This document shows positions 11,265-23,409 of a stretch of 64,000 nucleotides of DNA, in pieces. The translations under genes were made by a program, and so were the position numbers. Origin of the DNA: Amphiscolops sp. MND2022 (taxonomy: Eukaryota). The notes beneath the pieces are model-generated. The model made no database searches. It was not told where the DNA came from and saw only the letters and a program-made list of their open reading frames with translations. Positions within the stretch are counted from its first letter, which is position 1, and each line of letters opens with the position of its first letter. The stretch lies in NCBI GenBank assembly GCA_964187785.1, contig OZ076410.1, positions 42,966,001 to 43,030,000 of the forward strand, given 5' to 3'.

Positions 11265-13620
11265 GAGGGGCAGGAAATGTATAATATGCAAAAGGCTAGC
11301 GTGTCTCTAGAGGAGCCACGTCGTCTAATAATGGTTGTGTCTGTCTCTCGTTGTTCAATGTCTGTGCTTGCGTTCGTGCCAGCGTTCAACATGTTGACAG
11401 CGCCAGCGTTCGTGCCAGCGTTTAGCATGTGGTTAGGGGCATATTTTTGGCATGTTTTGCATTTATGTTAGAAGAACATGAAAATGAAATGAAGTATCAT
11501 TGATCCGAAAATTGAAACGATGCTCATTCCAATTGATTTTCCAAGTCGATTACGAACTGAGTTCATCCTGCAGGATTGATCGTAACGTTCTCATTTTGCT
11601 CGTGATTGGTTTTGCTATTTCCATTAGTTTATCCGTTGTTTCTAGCTTCGGGCTCGTAAGAAGTTTTTGCTGAATTTCTGTCAGCATTTGAACTCCTGCA
11701 GCCGACCTTGTTGGAAAAGATGGCAATTTGTGTACTGGTGAAACTTCGCTCGAAAAGTGTTTTGGTGGGTCAGGCAACTTAACATGAATTTTCATCGCTA
11801 GTAAACTTTTACATGTTTGTAGGTCAGATCGAATTGTTATATGTGGTCCCGTGAGTTGTTTTCCACATGCTATTGTAATTATGCAAAAATTTCAACCTGG
11901 TTAATTGATCAAGCCTGTTGCCGTGTTTGAGTCTGAAGTAGTCGTATACAACGTGTAGGCGCTTTCGTTGCCGATGTCACTAACCAGACTCCATAGCCAA
12001 GGTTTTCTGCTTTTTCCTTAGGCGGCATTTCAATCACTTCTGTTTCGCATTGATTGTAGAATTGATTCTAACGTTCCTTTGAAGAACAATGTTGCCAAAC
12101 ACGATCCTTGACGATCCGTGTTCAGTGGCAATTGAACAATGACAGATTTGATAGGTTGCTGATCCAATGCAGCTCGCCAAATCGTATTCGATCAAAAGAG
12201 CTGTTTCTAAATTGTCTTCCGAGATATCGAGGAAGAGTTTCTGTTTTCCATTTCATAGCCAGTGTTGGTTCTGGTTGCGGCATTGGAATCGGTGTTGCTC
12301 TATAAACTGTAAGTGATGTTTGTATTGATGCCATTGGTTTTGATAAAGTCATTAGGACCTTCTTTCAGTGTTTTGACATCTGTCAAAAATTTTGCTTCGA
12401 AGTACGCTAGATTTTTTTTTGGTGTAATGGCCAATGTTAAACGATCGTCAGCTTGAACTTGTTCGATAATGACCTCTTCCAACATCTTCAGTAGTGATTG
12501 CCGCGGCACTAGTGACGTTGGTGTAAATTGTCCCAATATTGTTGGTATCGCATTCATAATGTTCAATTGGTAGGCGTACAATGCGCTACGGTAAGCCTTA
12601 ATGTTTGTATGTGTCATTGTTAGCAGAGATGTCACAGTATCATAACAAAAGTTCATTTGCTGTCGCGAAAATAGAAGTTTTGTACAGTCTCGTAACACAT
12701 GAATGTTGTTTTGAAACACAGCAAATTGATCTTCAATTTTCTTCCTGTAGTTGTCTTGTGTTTCAGCTAGTTAGTTTTGTATTTGATGTAACGTAGAGAC
12801 TTCATTCGCCAGCATGTAGAATTTTTCGTTAGATTGGGATCGTAATTAGTAAACATTCTCAGCGATGTTTTCGGAAAAGCGGGCCAGTCGAACTATGTTG
12901 TTTGCATTTTCCTTCTCTTTGTCTTGACATGAGCCGAAAACTCCTCTAAATCCACCGCCTTCACTACTGTTTAGTAGAATCCCACTTCCGAATAAACCAA
13001 CTTAAGCTAGAACAGCAAATACTGAAAGTGCTGCTCTCTACTCGACTTTGTCTTCCAAAATGTTCTTCGTTAGGATACAATAGTATTGCAATTCCGTAAC
13101 GTAAGGTCTGGAGATCGGTCGAAGCCAATTGTGATTCATTTTGCACGTGATGTAAAATCCAACCAAGGTCAAATACTGAGTCATTTGTTGCGAAATTCCC
13201 GGGAGTTTCAAGTCACAAAATGTAGTCTGTTCCTTCCAAAGTTGCTGCAAGGTCTGAACTGATTGATTGAGATGTTCGTGCAATTGTATATCCAAGTTCG
13301 GAAATGGTACCAAATGAATTTTATGGATGTATGAACTTTTCCGCTAGTAGGATTTTTGTCTCATGATTGAATATGATACCATTTTCCACAAGAGCATTTG
13401 CATCCGGATCAGGGATAATGTCTGATTCCCAATTTGCAGATTGTGCATAACTTGACAACAGGAGGACATCAGTACATACTGAAACGAAATATAATTGTCG
13501 ACGTTGTTCGGATTTGTGAAGTAGTTGTTGTATCTTATGTTAGAAGAAAATTGCACAAGAAGGTCATGGTAATTCAGATCCCTTGTTTTTGTTGTGAAAA
13601 GCAGGATGTCAGGTTGTCTC
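11265..13620 (-). pseudogene. env: env-like class I fusion glycoprotein remnant of gypsy A
   Basis: Basic cleavage-like site then a hydrophobic fusion peptide AALSVFAVLA*VGLFGSGILL (~12970-13035), heptad-rich region, NAIPTILGQFTPTSLVPRQSL, YRATPIPMP, Cys-containing CLATLF/CETEV/FCIITIAC, C-terminal TM IGMSIVSIFGSMILHFIFMFF (~11470-11545). Many stops and frameshifts. Confidence 0.75.
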
Positions 13621-14506
13621 AAGCTTACGAATAATCTACAGTGTTGTCAAAACCTATTGTGCGTCACTCAGGATACCGCGATTGTGTCGTGCGTCAAGGG
13701 ACGGCAAGAATGTGACACTTCCACAGTTGGAATGACAGCAACGGTTGGGGATCACTCTTGGGTGATACTATTTTTGCTGACAGGGCTCTTCGTGTTATTG
13801 GCTGTCGTTGCGAAAATATCTCGACGCTGATGGCCCTATTGAGAAATTTGACAAGATAGGAGATGTGATTCCAAGAGAAATAGCTGCAGCCGCCTGCAGA
13901 GCAGATGGAGCTTGTTTTTGTGTTTAATTTATGTGAATTATACTATTGAGATTTGTAAATGGAAGATTTGTATTTTCAAGATAGATAAATGTACATTGAT
14001 ATACACAATTTGAAATGGATGCATTTGCCTTTCTTGATGATGGAATTTGTAATGAAGGTGGAAAAAGGAATGTTGCTAGAAGGGTTCATTTTTTTTGGTT
14101 TCGTTGTGATTTTTTGTCGATGGATTGAAGTTAAAGGTTTAGGCCTCAAGGTTATTGCCTTGAAACTAGCTTAATCGAGCGCTGTCAGAATTGCCAAGCC
14201 TTTGCTTGATTGCCTTTCAAGCGGAAAATTCACTGTTGTGATGTTGATAAAAAATGTGTGACTCGAACGATTGATCGATTCAGTGAAAAATTGAGTTCGC
14301 TCTATAGCTGAAAGCCAAGGTATCTAAATTGTTCAAAAAGTATAATTCTTTAATGTATGTAGAGGGTTTACTCGATAGCGATTTCAGCCCAACTTTGCTG
14401 TCAGTAAAAAAAAATCAAGTTGTAAATGCTGGTTCGCTTTTGTTGTGATCGATGCTTTGAAAGAGTGACGCAGGAATGTTTCATGGGCATGCCCAATTAT
14501 GATAGC

Positions 14507-16093
14507 TGTCGCATATATTAATCTGAATAAATTTCAAAATGATTCCCCAAAAAAGTAAAAAGCTATATCGAATTCGTTTGCAGACCACGAGTTGTGTAAT
14601 TTGAAACAACATCAAGTGTTGTACTTTGTATATTTTTAAAGCTTGAAAGCGCTCCTCACCTCATGAAAACCTGGACCGTCTTTTCCCGCTACTTCTTCCC
14701 CGCGAACCCGGCTGTCTTATCGCACGCCTCACTCCTTGAGGCTGATATTGCGCACCCAGGTGCTGAACGCGCTCTTCCTCGAGCTCCTCGACCTTCAGTG
14801 TGGTGGTCATCAAAGCCGCTGGCCCTGGTCCCGTCAGTACACAGTGTGCAGTCAAGGAGGAAAACAGGACCACATCACCGGGCTCCTGGATGCAGTACGC
14901 TATATGTTCCTGGATTTGCAGCGAGTCATCCCGGAGCGTACTAGGCAGGGAACGATGCCTTTCCAACGGAGGCACGATGCGTTTCCTGCAGAGGGTCTTC
15001 ACCTCGCGTGTGCGAGTGGTGAAGAACCACAACTTCCTCCCCCTTTCCAGCTGGCTGACAATGCTTCCTTCCGGGTTGGAGTCTATGTGTCAACCACTCC
15101 ATGCCCAACCACCACTTGCAAGGAGTGAGACGTGCTCGATGGAGTGCCCGCCAATATCTTGGACAACCTCCACATACTGTTCTTCTTGCGGGTCTGGGTA
15201 TAGGGCCTCATATCGCCAGGGAGCCTCTGGAAGACCATCGAAAGCAGCGTCCTTCATCTGTGTGCACTTGAAGGTTGCCAGAAGTTGCTTCTCACTACGG
15301 AAACAAATAGCAACTCTCCTCGCTGCTCCGTTGGTGTAACGCAGCACAGGATTGCCACGTATAATAATGGGGATGTTCTGTTTCCTCAAGAAGTCTGTTA
15401 TGCCCCCTCCCTCACCCGAGTCAAAGGAAGCTTCCCCGACTCTAACTCCATTGTCAGGCTTAATGCAGCCTCAAGCTCATTCATCTCTAAAACAGCAAAC
15501 TTTACTCTTTCTTCATGTATATTTGTGGTTGATATTGTGATTTATAACTTTTAGTTGAAAACGAATTTTTGAGTTCATACAAGCTCACTGTGACAACGCG
15601 CTGAATGCAATCTTTGTTTGATTGACCATTCCTAACCCATTCATTCTCTTTGTTTTTGCTGAACACATGTTTTACGTTGCCTATTTGTTATATAGATCGA
15701 ATTGAACAAAGTGTTTTGCCAATGCATACAACATATTTGTTAGCCAAAAAGCGTGCAGTTACATAACTCCAATTGCATCATTTTGTGTCATTTGTGTCCA
15801 TTGACTGGTACATGAATTCTAAACATCGTGCTTCATCGTCAAAAACCTCACCCACCATGAATAGAGCTGTGAACTGTTTCGAACTGCCAAAACACGCAAA
15901 ACGCAATAATCTTTTAGTTTAATAAAGCTTTAAGGCTTCAACTCAGTTTTGTTCGAGTCTCTTCAGCAAAAATCATAGTCTTACTTCCTGATAGTGGTCA
16001 GGTGGTCCGCCATTCAAGAACCAAGGGCGAGACTACTTCGCAAGCTACAAGCAAAGCATTCTCGCAAACAACAGAGGGACATCGACGCGAACA
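14507..16093 (+). repeat. 5' LTR of BEL element (1587 bp)
   Basis: Starts TGTCGCATAT, ends GCGAACA, AATAAA near 15920; direct repeat of 21556-23167. Confidence 0.95.
14661..15484 (-). pseudogene. JmjC-domain gene in the 5' LTR (disrupted copy)
   Basis: Same protein as 21806-22558. 1-nt deletion in a C-run near 15403 and TGG->TGA just before HID. Retains the basic C-terminal tail GVRRAIRQPGSRGRSSGKRRSRFS. Confidence 0.85.
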
Positions 16094-16095
16094 TT

Positions 16096-16113
16096 TGGTC
16101 CGCCGACCCGGAT
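16096..16113 (+). promoter_or_regulatory. Primer binding site of BEL element (18 nt, tRNA-Tyr-like)
   Basis: TGGTCCGCCGACCCGGAT 2 nt after the LTR CA; resembles the common BEL PBS TGGTCCTTCGAGCCGGAT. The tRNA identity is inferred. Confidence 0.8.
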
Positions 16114-17534
16114 ATGGCTGAGTCAGGAACAAACAACTGGGCGGAAGATGTTCGCAAACTAGTGTGAGGGCAGGACACAAGGCTGCTTTCACAAAATACG
16201 AGACCAGAGTTGATGACCTCGTAGCAGATCACGCAATTACCAGTGAGAAGCTCTGTGAAGCGGAGGCGCTGTTTTCTACGTTGCAGAACATGTACAAAAC
16301 AATTCTCAGATGGGACGCAGAGATCGAGCTCTATATTGAAGACGATGCCAAGCTGGCACAAGAACGGGAGGCATTCTCAGATTACGAGACTAGGATGAAC
16401 ATCGCCATGGCTCGTCTCAGTGCACTAATTGACAACATCAAGACCCAGTTGAAGGCGGGACTTACAGCAACCGCATCAACCTTATCAAGCCTGCCGACTA
16501 CAGGACACATGCGTCTGCCGAAGCTCCAAATGCCAACTTTCACTGGAGCCTATACCGATTGGGTATCTTTCAGCGATCTCTTCCAAGCAGCAATGGGCTC
16601 AAGCAGTCTTTTATCTGACTCTGAGAGACTAAATTACCTGAAAGCCTGCATAAAGGGTGATGCTGCGAAAATAATCAGCTCACTTAGAATCACAGATGCC
16701 AATTACCTCATTGCGTGGCAGCTACTAAAGGACAGATACGACAACACACGAAGTATAGTGCACGCTCATTTGCAAGCCATTTGGTCTCAGTCGTCAATGA
16801 AGGTAGAATCTGGGTCTGGCCTCAGGAAACTACACGAAACCACCAATGAGCACCTGAGGGCATTAGAAGCTTTAGGTCGACCAGTGAACCAATGGAGTGC
16901 TGTATTAGTTTTTTGCATCGCCGACAAGCTCGAAGCAGAATCACGAAAACAATGGCAGCTCAAACATCCGGGCAAAAATGTCCTTCGCTGGGACGATTTA
17001 TCCAAGTTCTTTGATGAAAGAAGCAGGGCATTAGAGAGTGGTGCAATCAAAGTGATTCCCCAAGCCAGCAAGATGAGCTATCAACGTGAGCCTCGGCATC
17101 AGCCTTATGCAGCTTCAATGGCGTGTAGTGAAAAATGTGACGTTGAACACAAACACCATGCGGGTCCAAAATTCAAGAAGATGTCAACGTCCCAGAAGTA
17201 CGACTTGGTGAAGAAGAAGAAGCGTGCTTGTTTCAATTGTTTGCAGACTGGGCACAGTGTCAGCGAATGTGTTTCTAAATTCAGCTGCAGGGAGTGCAAG
17301 GCCAAACACCACACTCTACTTTACCGACCAAAGCCTGCGACAACTTTACATGGCGGGTCAAACAAGACAATAGCGAGGGTGTCAATTTCTGTCAACACAA
17401 CAATTCAGTCTGGCGGTTCAGCAGGTCAGCAAGCCGATACTTCTGTCTTGACTGAGCATTGCGGGTCTGGATCTCCAAATGCCGGTGCTCTACTTCCAAC
17501 GGCAGTGGTACCCATCCACAATAAATCAGATTGA
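16114..17534 (+). pseudogene. gag: BEL gag (DUF1759-type capsid plus Cys/His knuckles)
   Basis: RLPKLQMPTFTGAYTDWVSFSDLF; LNYLKACIKGDAAKII; CFNCLQTGHSVSECVSKFSCRECKAKHHTLL. Frameshift near the start and a stop at 17534. Confidence 0.92.
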
Positions 17535-20500
17535 AAGGGTACATCTACGAGCCTTGTTAGATTCCGGATCACAGGTTAGCTTCATTACAGAGGCAAAAGC
17601 GAAGGCACTAATGTTGAAATTGCAAAAAAACCGTCAACCATCATAACTCTGGGTGCTTCTAGCTCACAAAAGACATGCGGCGTGTTACCAGCCACGATTT
17701 CAGGTTCGATAGACGTTAACTTTCACGTGATCCCTAAGATAACTGGTTCACTGCCTTGTGCAATTGTGGATATCTCCCAGATGCGTCACGTAGATCATCT
17801 GAAGCTGGCTGATCCCAGTTTCACTCTACCTGGCAAAATTGACATGCTTCTGGGAGCCGACATCATTGAAGATCTAATGCTGGACAATCGAATCAGGGAC
17901 AATGGTCTCATCCTTCGAGAGTCACTCCTGGGCTGGATTGTTTCGGGTTCAATTTTGGAGACGAGTGGTGTAATCTCGACTCTTCATGTGACAGTGGCAA
18001 GCGATGGGGAGTCAAATAAGTTACTAGCGAGATTCTGGGAACTAGAGAGTGTACCAGAAAAGAAGCACCGCACGATGGAAGAGGCTCATTGCGAAGAACA
18101 TTTTGATGCAACAACCACAAGAGACTCAACCGGAAGGTTCTATGTGAGGTTACCTTTCAAGGCAGACGGTCACTTGCTGGGTCAGAGCCGAGCTTCTGCA
18201 ATGAGACGATTCATCAATCTGGAAAACAAACTGAAACGTGACAACTTGCTTAAAGTCAGGTATTCTGATTTTGTTAATGAATTTTTGAAACTGGGTCATC
18301 TAGAGAAGGTACCTGATGGAGAGTTGGACAATTTAAACCACTACTACATGCCCCATCATTGTGTATTAAAAAATGCCAGTACAACGACAAAGCTGCGGGT
18401 GGTCTTTGATGCTAGTGCCAAGACAGCAACAGGTCTTTTGCTAAATGACTGCTTGATGGTGGGCCCGAAACTGCAACACGACCTATTCAGCATTTTGATA
18501 CGATTCCGATTCTTCAAGGTTGCGTTGTCGGCAGACGTTGCCAAGATGTATCGACAGGTTGGTCTAGACCCCAGAGACAGGGACTTCATGCGAGTCCTCT
18601 GGCGATTCAGTGAAGACGAGCCTGTACAGACTTTTCGTTTGACGCGTGTGATTTACGGGGTAGCAAGTTCCTCTTATCACTCAATCAGATGCTTGAGGGA
18701 AGCAGCCCAGCTTGATGGTGTACCAAAGGCAGCCAAAGAAGCAATTCTACGTGATTTTTATATGGACATCATTTTGACAGGAGCTAGTAGCATTGAGGAA
18801 GCTGAGCAGCTTCTCAATGATTTGATACAAACTCTTGAACGAGTTCAATTTGATCTGAAAAAATGGACCAGCAATGTTCCTTCTCTTGTCTTAGCACTTC
18901 CCGCAGAGTATAGTGAAGCAAATGAAAACCTCAAGTTTCTTCATCCAACTCATACCACAAAAACATTGGGCGTCACTTGGAACCCTTTTGATGATTTGTT
19001 CTCGCTTGAGGTAGCTCACATCTCTGATGACATCAATGACGATGGAATGACAAAAAGACGAATGCTTAGTGACATCGCCAAAACTTTTGATCCTCTGGGC
19101 TGGTTGTCTCCGGTGACAATGCTACTGAAGAGCATGATGCAAAGGGCCTGGCAAACAAATGTCGACTGGGATCAGAAACTGCCAACCGAGATTGATATGA
19201 GCTATCGCACCTGGCGGAAGAATCTACACAGTTTAAAAGAGATCAAGTTGCAACGCTTTGTTCTGAGCGAAGAACAGCAAGAACCTTTCGAATTACATGT
19301 CTTCTGCGATGCCTCAGAGAAGGCATATGCAGGCTGTGTATACGTGGTCTCCACCAATAATCGAGGTGAGAGGAATTCCAATCTACTTGTGGCAAAATGC
19401 AAAGTCTCTCCACTGAAAACACAATCTATTCCTCGCTTGGAATTGTGCGCCGTGCTTCTCGGATCTCGTCTGGTGTCATTAGTCATTCAGGCACTTGAGC
19501 GAATTTCTGTCAACATACGTGCAACAACGGGCTGGAGTGATTCCACAATTGTTCTCTGGCTTTCTCAAGAACCAGGTAACTGGCCAACGTTTGTGGCGAA
19601 CAGAGTTGCCGAAATACAGCGCAATGACCGTGTTCATTGGCAACACGTACCCACAAAGGACAATCCAGCTGATGCAGCGTCTCGTGGTGTTGAGCGAAGT
19701 GTACTAAAGAGCCTGGAAATTTGTTGGAAGGGACCAACTTGGTTACGTAGTGGAGTGCTAGCGTCACAACCGAAACCAAACTTCACTGAAGATGAAGCAA
19801 AAAGGCCAGAGCGACAGATCCTACACCCTAGAGCGGCTAAAAGGACTCCCTTGGCAAGAGTGGTAAGAACAGTGCCATCAGTGTCCCTTGCAGTTACAAA
19901 GGTTGACAACTATGCAGGTGACATCTTTGACCTTTCGCTGTTCAGCTCTCTGTCAAAGCTTCTCAGGGTAGTGGCGTATTTCAAACGATTTATACAACGC
20001 ATTCGTAACTGAGGCACCAAGGGATCATTAGGCACCATCTCACCTGATGAAATGACGGAAGCGATGATGATTCTTCTACGGCAAGAACAAAAGAAGGTTT
20101 ATTCCGACGAAATGAAAACCTTGGAGACCATGCCTCAGGTAAAATCGACAAGCAAAATCCTAAAATTGTACCCATTTTTATTCAAGGGAGTCCTTTGTGC
20201 TGGTGGTCGTCTTGCCCACGCCAATTTACCAGACGAGGCTAAATATCAGCGATTAGTTCCGAAGGAAAGCAGACCCGCTACGCTTGTCATTAAAAAAGCT
20301 CATCTGGATACGCTACATGGGGGCCCCAAACAAGTGATGGCTCAGATCAGATCAAATTTTTGGATACCCAACAACCGTAGTGTTGTGAGACTAGAACTTC
20401 AGCAGTGCGTGAAATGCAGCAGGTTCACAACCAAGCTGAGTGCGCCGCTTATGGGAGACCTCCCTAAGGAACGCATTGACGTCCCAACCAGAGCCTTTGA

Positions 20501-21420
20501 AAACGTGGGGCTAGACTTTGCAGGACCTTTTCTATGCAAACCAAGCAGCAAGGCCAGAAGTCAGGACAAAGCCTACATGGCTTTGTTTGTTTGTTTCGCC
20601 AGTAAAGCTGTCAACATTGAGTGTGTATCCGATATGGCCACTTTGGGGTGTATGGCAGCAATACGACGTTTTATATCTCGAAGAAGTTGTCCCAGTCAAG
20701 TATTCTCTGACAACGGAACCAACTTTGTTGGCGCAGCCAACGCGATTCAGCAATTGCAAAAGGTTCTATCCAACAAGCATGACAACTCGCTGCAATCCCA
20801 ATCTAGTGCTATTGGCATTCGATGGAACTTCATACCCCCAAGCGCTCCTCATTTCGGAGGTTTATGGGAAGCGGCAGCGAAAAGTGCGAAGAAACACTTA
20901 GGCAGAACAATGAGCAACAGTGTCCTGACATTTGAGGAGTTGACAACTCTTTTTTGTCAGATCGAGGCAGTGCTAAACTCGCGCCCAATCAGTGTAATGT
21001 CCGATGATCCCTATGAAGTTGAACCACTTACATCAGCACATCTTTCAATTGGACACAAACTAGAAGTGATACCTTGTTTTTTTATTGGACCAAACCCATG
21101 ACATGGACAATTGCAGTCCCTCAAAACGATGGTATCACATTCAGAACATTCTGTTGCATTTCTGGAACAGATGGACCAAAGAATACGTAACCACATTACA
21201 GAAAAGAAGCAAATGGAGACGAGGAACAAGCAATTTGAAAGTGGGCGTTTTAGTTTTCAACACCGATGACAATTCAGCACCTCTACAATGGCCAATTGAT
21301 TGCGTCCATTACGTCTACAGTGGACCTGATGATGCCGTCAGAGTAGTCAAGGTGAAAACTCCAACTGGAATATACAATCGGTCTGTTCACAAGTTGAAAA
21401 AACTACCTATTGATACATAA
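17535..21420 (+). pseudogene. pol: BEL pol (protease, RT, RNase H, integrase, C-terminal DUF5641-like domain)
   Basis: RALLDSGSQVSFIT; LRVVFDASAK, ADVAKMYRQV, FYMDI; LHVFCDASEKAYAGCVY; LDFAGPF, FSDNGTNFVGA, PHFGGLWE; FWNRWTKEYVTTLQKRSKW. A few stops and frameshifts. Confidence 0.95.
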
Positions 21421-21555
21421 CCTCCTCAATCTTTATTGAAACACACTGTAATCAGCTGTTTGTTAATGCCCTTTCATTGTCAACTCCTTTGATGCTATAT
21501 TTGTACGTCATGTAACTTTTTTGATTTGCGCCACGCAAAATCAAGGCGGGCGGTA

Positions 21556-23167
21556 TGTCGCATATATTAATCTGAATAAGTTTCAAAATGATTCCCCAAA
21601 AAAGTAAACAGAGTTATCGAATTCGTTTGCAGACCACGAGTTGTGTAGTTTGAAACAACATCAAGTGAAATAGTTTTGAAGAATTGTGTTTTTGTACTTT
21701 GTATATTTTTAAAGCTTGAAAGCGCTCCTCACCTCATGAAAACCTGGACTGTCTTTTCCCCCTACTTCTTCCCCGGGAACCCGGCTGTCTTATCGCACGC
21801 CTCACTCATTGAGGCTGATATTGCGCACCCAGGTGCTGAACGCGCTCTTCCCTGGCCTCCTCGACCTTCAGTGTGGTGGTCATCAAAGCTGCTGGCCCTG
21901 GTCCCGTCAATACACAGTGTGCAGTCAAGGAGGAAAACAGGACCACATCACCGGGCTCCTGGATGCAGTACGCTATATGTTCCCGGAATTGCAGCAAGTC
22001 ATCCCGGAGCGTACCAGGCAGGGAACGATGCCTTTCCAACGGAAGCACGATGCGTTTCCTGCAGAGGGTCTTCACCTCGCGTGTGCGAGTGGTGAAGAAC
22101 CACAACTTCCTCCCCCTTTCCAGCTGGCCGGCAATGCTTCCTCCCGGGTTGGAGTCTATGTGCCAACCACTCCATGCCCAACCACCACTTGCAAGGAGTG
22201 AGACGTGCTCGATGGAGTGCCCGCCAATATCTTGGACAACCTCCACATACTGTTCTCCTAGCGGGTCTGGGTATAGGGCCTCATATCGCCAGGGAGCCTC
22301 TGGAAGACCATCGAAAGCAGCATCCTTCATCCGTGTGCCCTTGAAGGCTGCAAGAAGTTGCTTCTCACTACGGAAACAAACAGCAACCCTCCTCGCTGCT
22401 CCGTTGGTGTAACGCAGCACAGGATTGCCACGTGTAAAAATGGAGATGTTCTGTTTCCTCAAGAAATCTGTTATGCCCCCCTCCCTCACCCGAGTCAAAA
22501 GAAGCCTCCCCGACTCTAACTCCATTGCCAGGCTTAATGCAGCCTCAGGCTCATTCATCTCTAAAATTGCAAACTTTACTCTTTCTTCATGTTTTTTGTG
22601 GTTGATATTGTGATTTATAACTTTTAGTTGGAAACGAATTTTTGAGTTCGTACAAGCTCACTGTGACAACGCGCTGAAAGCTATCTTTGTTTGATTGACC
22701 TTTCCCAACCCCATTCATTCTCATTGCTTTTGCTGAATACATGTTTTACGTTGCCTATTTGTTGTATAGACCGAATTGAACAAGGTGTTTTGCCAATGCA
22801 TACAACATATTTGTTAGCCGAAAAGCGTGCAGTTACATAACTCCAATTGCATCATACTGTGTCATTTGTGTCCATTGACTGGTACATGAATTCTAAACAT
22901 CGTGCTTCATTGTCAAAAACCTCACCCACCATGATGAGAGCTGTGAACAGTCTTGAACTGCAAAAACATGCAAAACGCAATAATCTTTTAGTTTAATAAA
23001 GCTTTAAGGCTTCAACTCAGTTTTGTTCGAGTCTCTTCAGCAAAAATCATAGTCTTACTTACTGATAGTGGTCAGGTGGTCCGCCATTCAAGAACGAAGG
23101 GCGAGACTACTTGGCAAGCTACAAGCAAAGCATTCTGGCAAACAACAGAGGGACATCGGCGGGAACA
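21556..23167 (+). repeat. 3' LTR of BEL element (1612 bp)
   Basis: Follows PPT AAGGCGGGCGGTA; TGTCGCATAT...GGGAACA. Confidence 0.95.
21806..22558 (-). CDS. JmjC/cupin Fe(II)-2-oxoglutarate oxygenase encoded antisense within the BEL 3' LTR (250 aa open; ~24 C-terminal codons cut by GGA->TGA)
   Basis: SGWHIDSNPGGSIAGQLERGRKLWFF (HxD at 22154-22162; GxKxW lysine) and CIQEPGDVVLFSSLTAHCVLT (distal His at 21917-21919) match the JmjC consensus. Confidence 0.85.
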   Translation of the reverse strand: MNEPEAALSLAMELESGRLLLTRVREGGITDFLRKQNISIFTRGNPVLRYTNGAARRVAVCFRSEKQLLAAFKGTRMKDAAFDGLPEAPWRYEALYPDPLGEQYVEVVQDIGGHSIEHVSLLASGGWAWSGWHIDSNPGGSIAGQLERGRKLWFFTTRTREVKTLCRKRIVLPLERHRSLPGTLRDDLLQFREHIAYCIQEPGDVVLFSSLTAHCVLTGPGPAALMTTTLKVEEAREERVQHLGAQYQPQ

Positions 23168-23409
23168 GATGCAATGGCAAGTGGAAGAAGGTTCTCCTGA
23201 AGGTGAAAGTTGTTTTTTGTGTTTTTTTTGTAACAAAGTTTTTGGAATAAAAACAGTCAATTTGCGGCAATTGGTATTTAGTGATGAAGAAAAGCCTTGA
23301 TCGATAGGTTTTTGTTTTTACTACCACTAAACTGTTTTTGTACATGTTTGGATTTTTTGACGTGTTTTTTGTGACTTATATTTTTAAGACAACGCGTGAT
23401 TTTGAGAGA

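Larger units (their letters stand above)
14507..23167 (+). mobile_element. Full-length BEL/Pao LTR retrotransposon with ~1.6 kb JmjC-containing LTRs, nested in gypsy A
   Basis: TG...CA LTRs, PBS, PPT AAGGCGGGCGGTA, BEL gag/pol domains. Flanks GATAGC / GATGC (TSD with a probable 1-nt indel). Confidence 0.95.

Noticed and set aside
14736-15339. Plus-strand ORFs in the BEL LTRs (130 and 179 aa, also 21809-22412) as genes
   Set aside because: They are shadow frames of the GC-richer minus-strand JmjC gene and show no motifs of their own.
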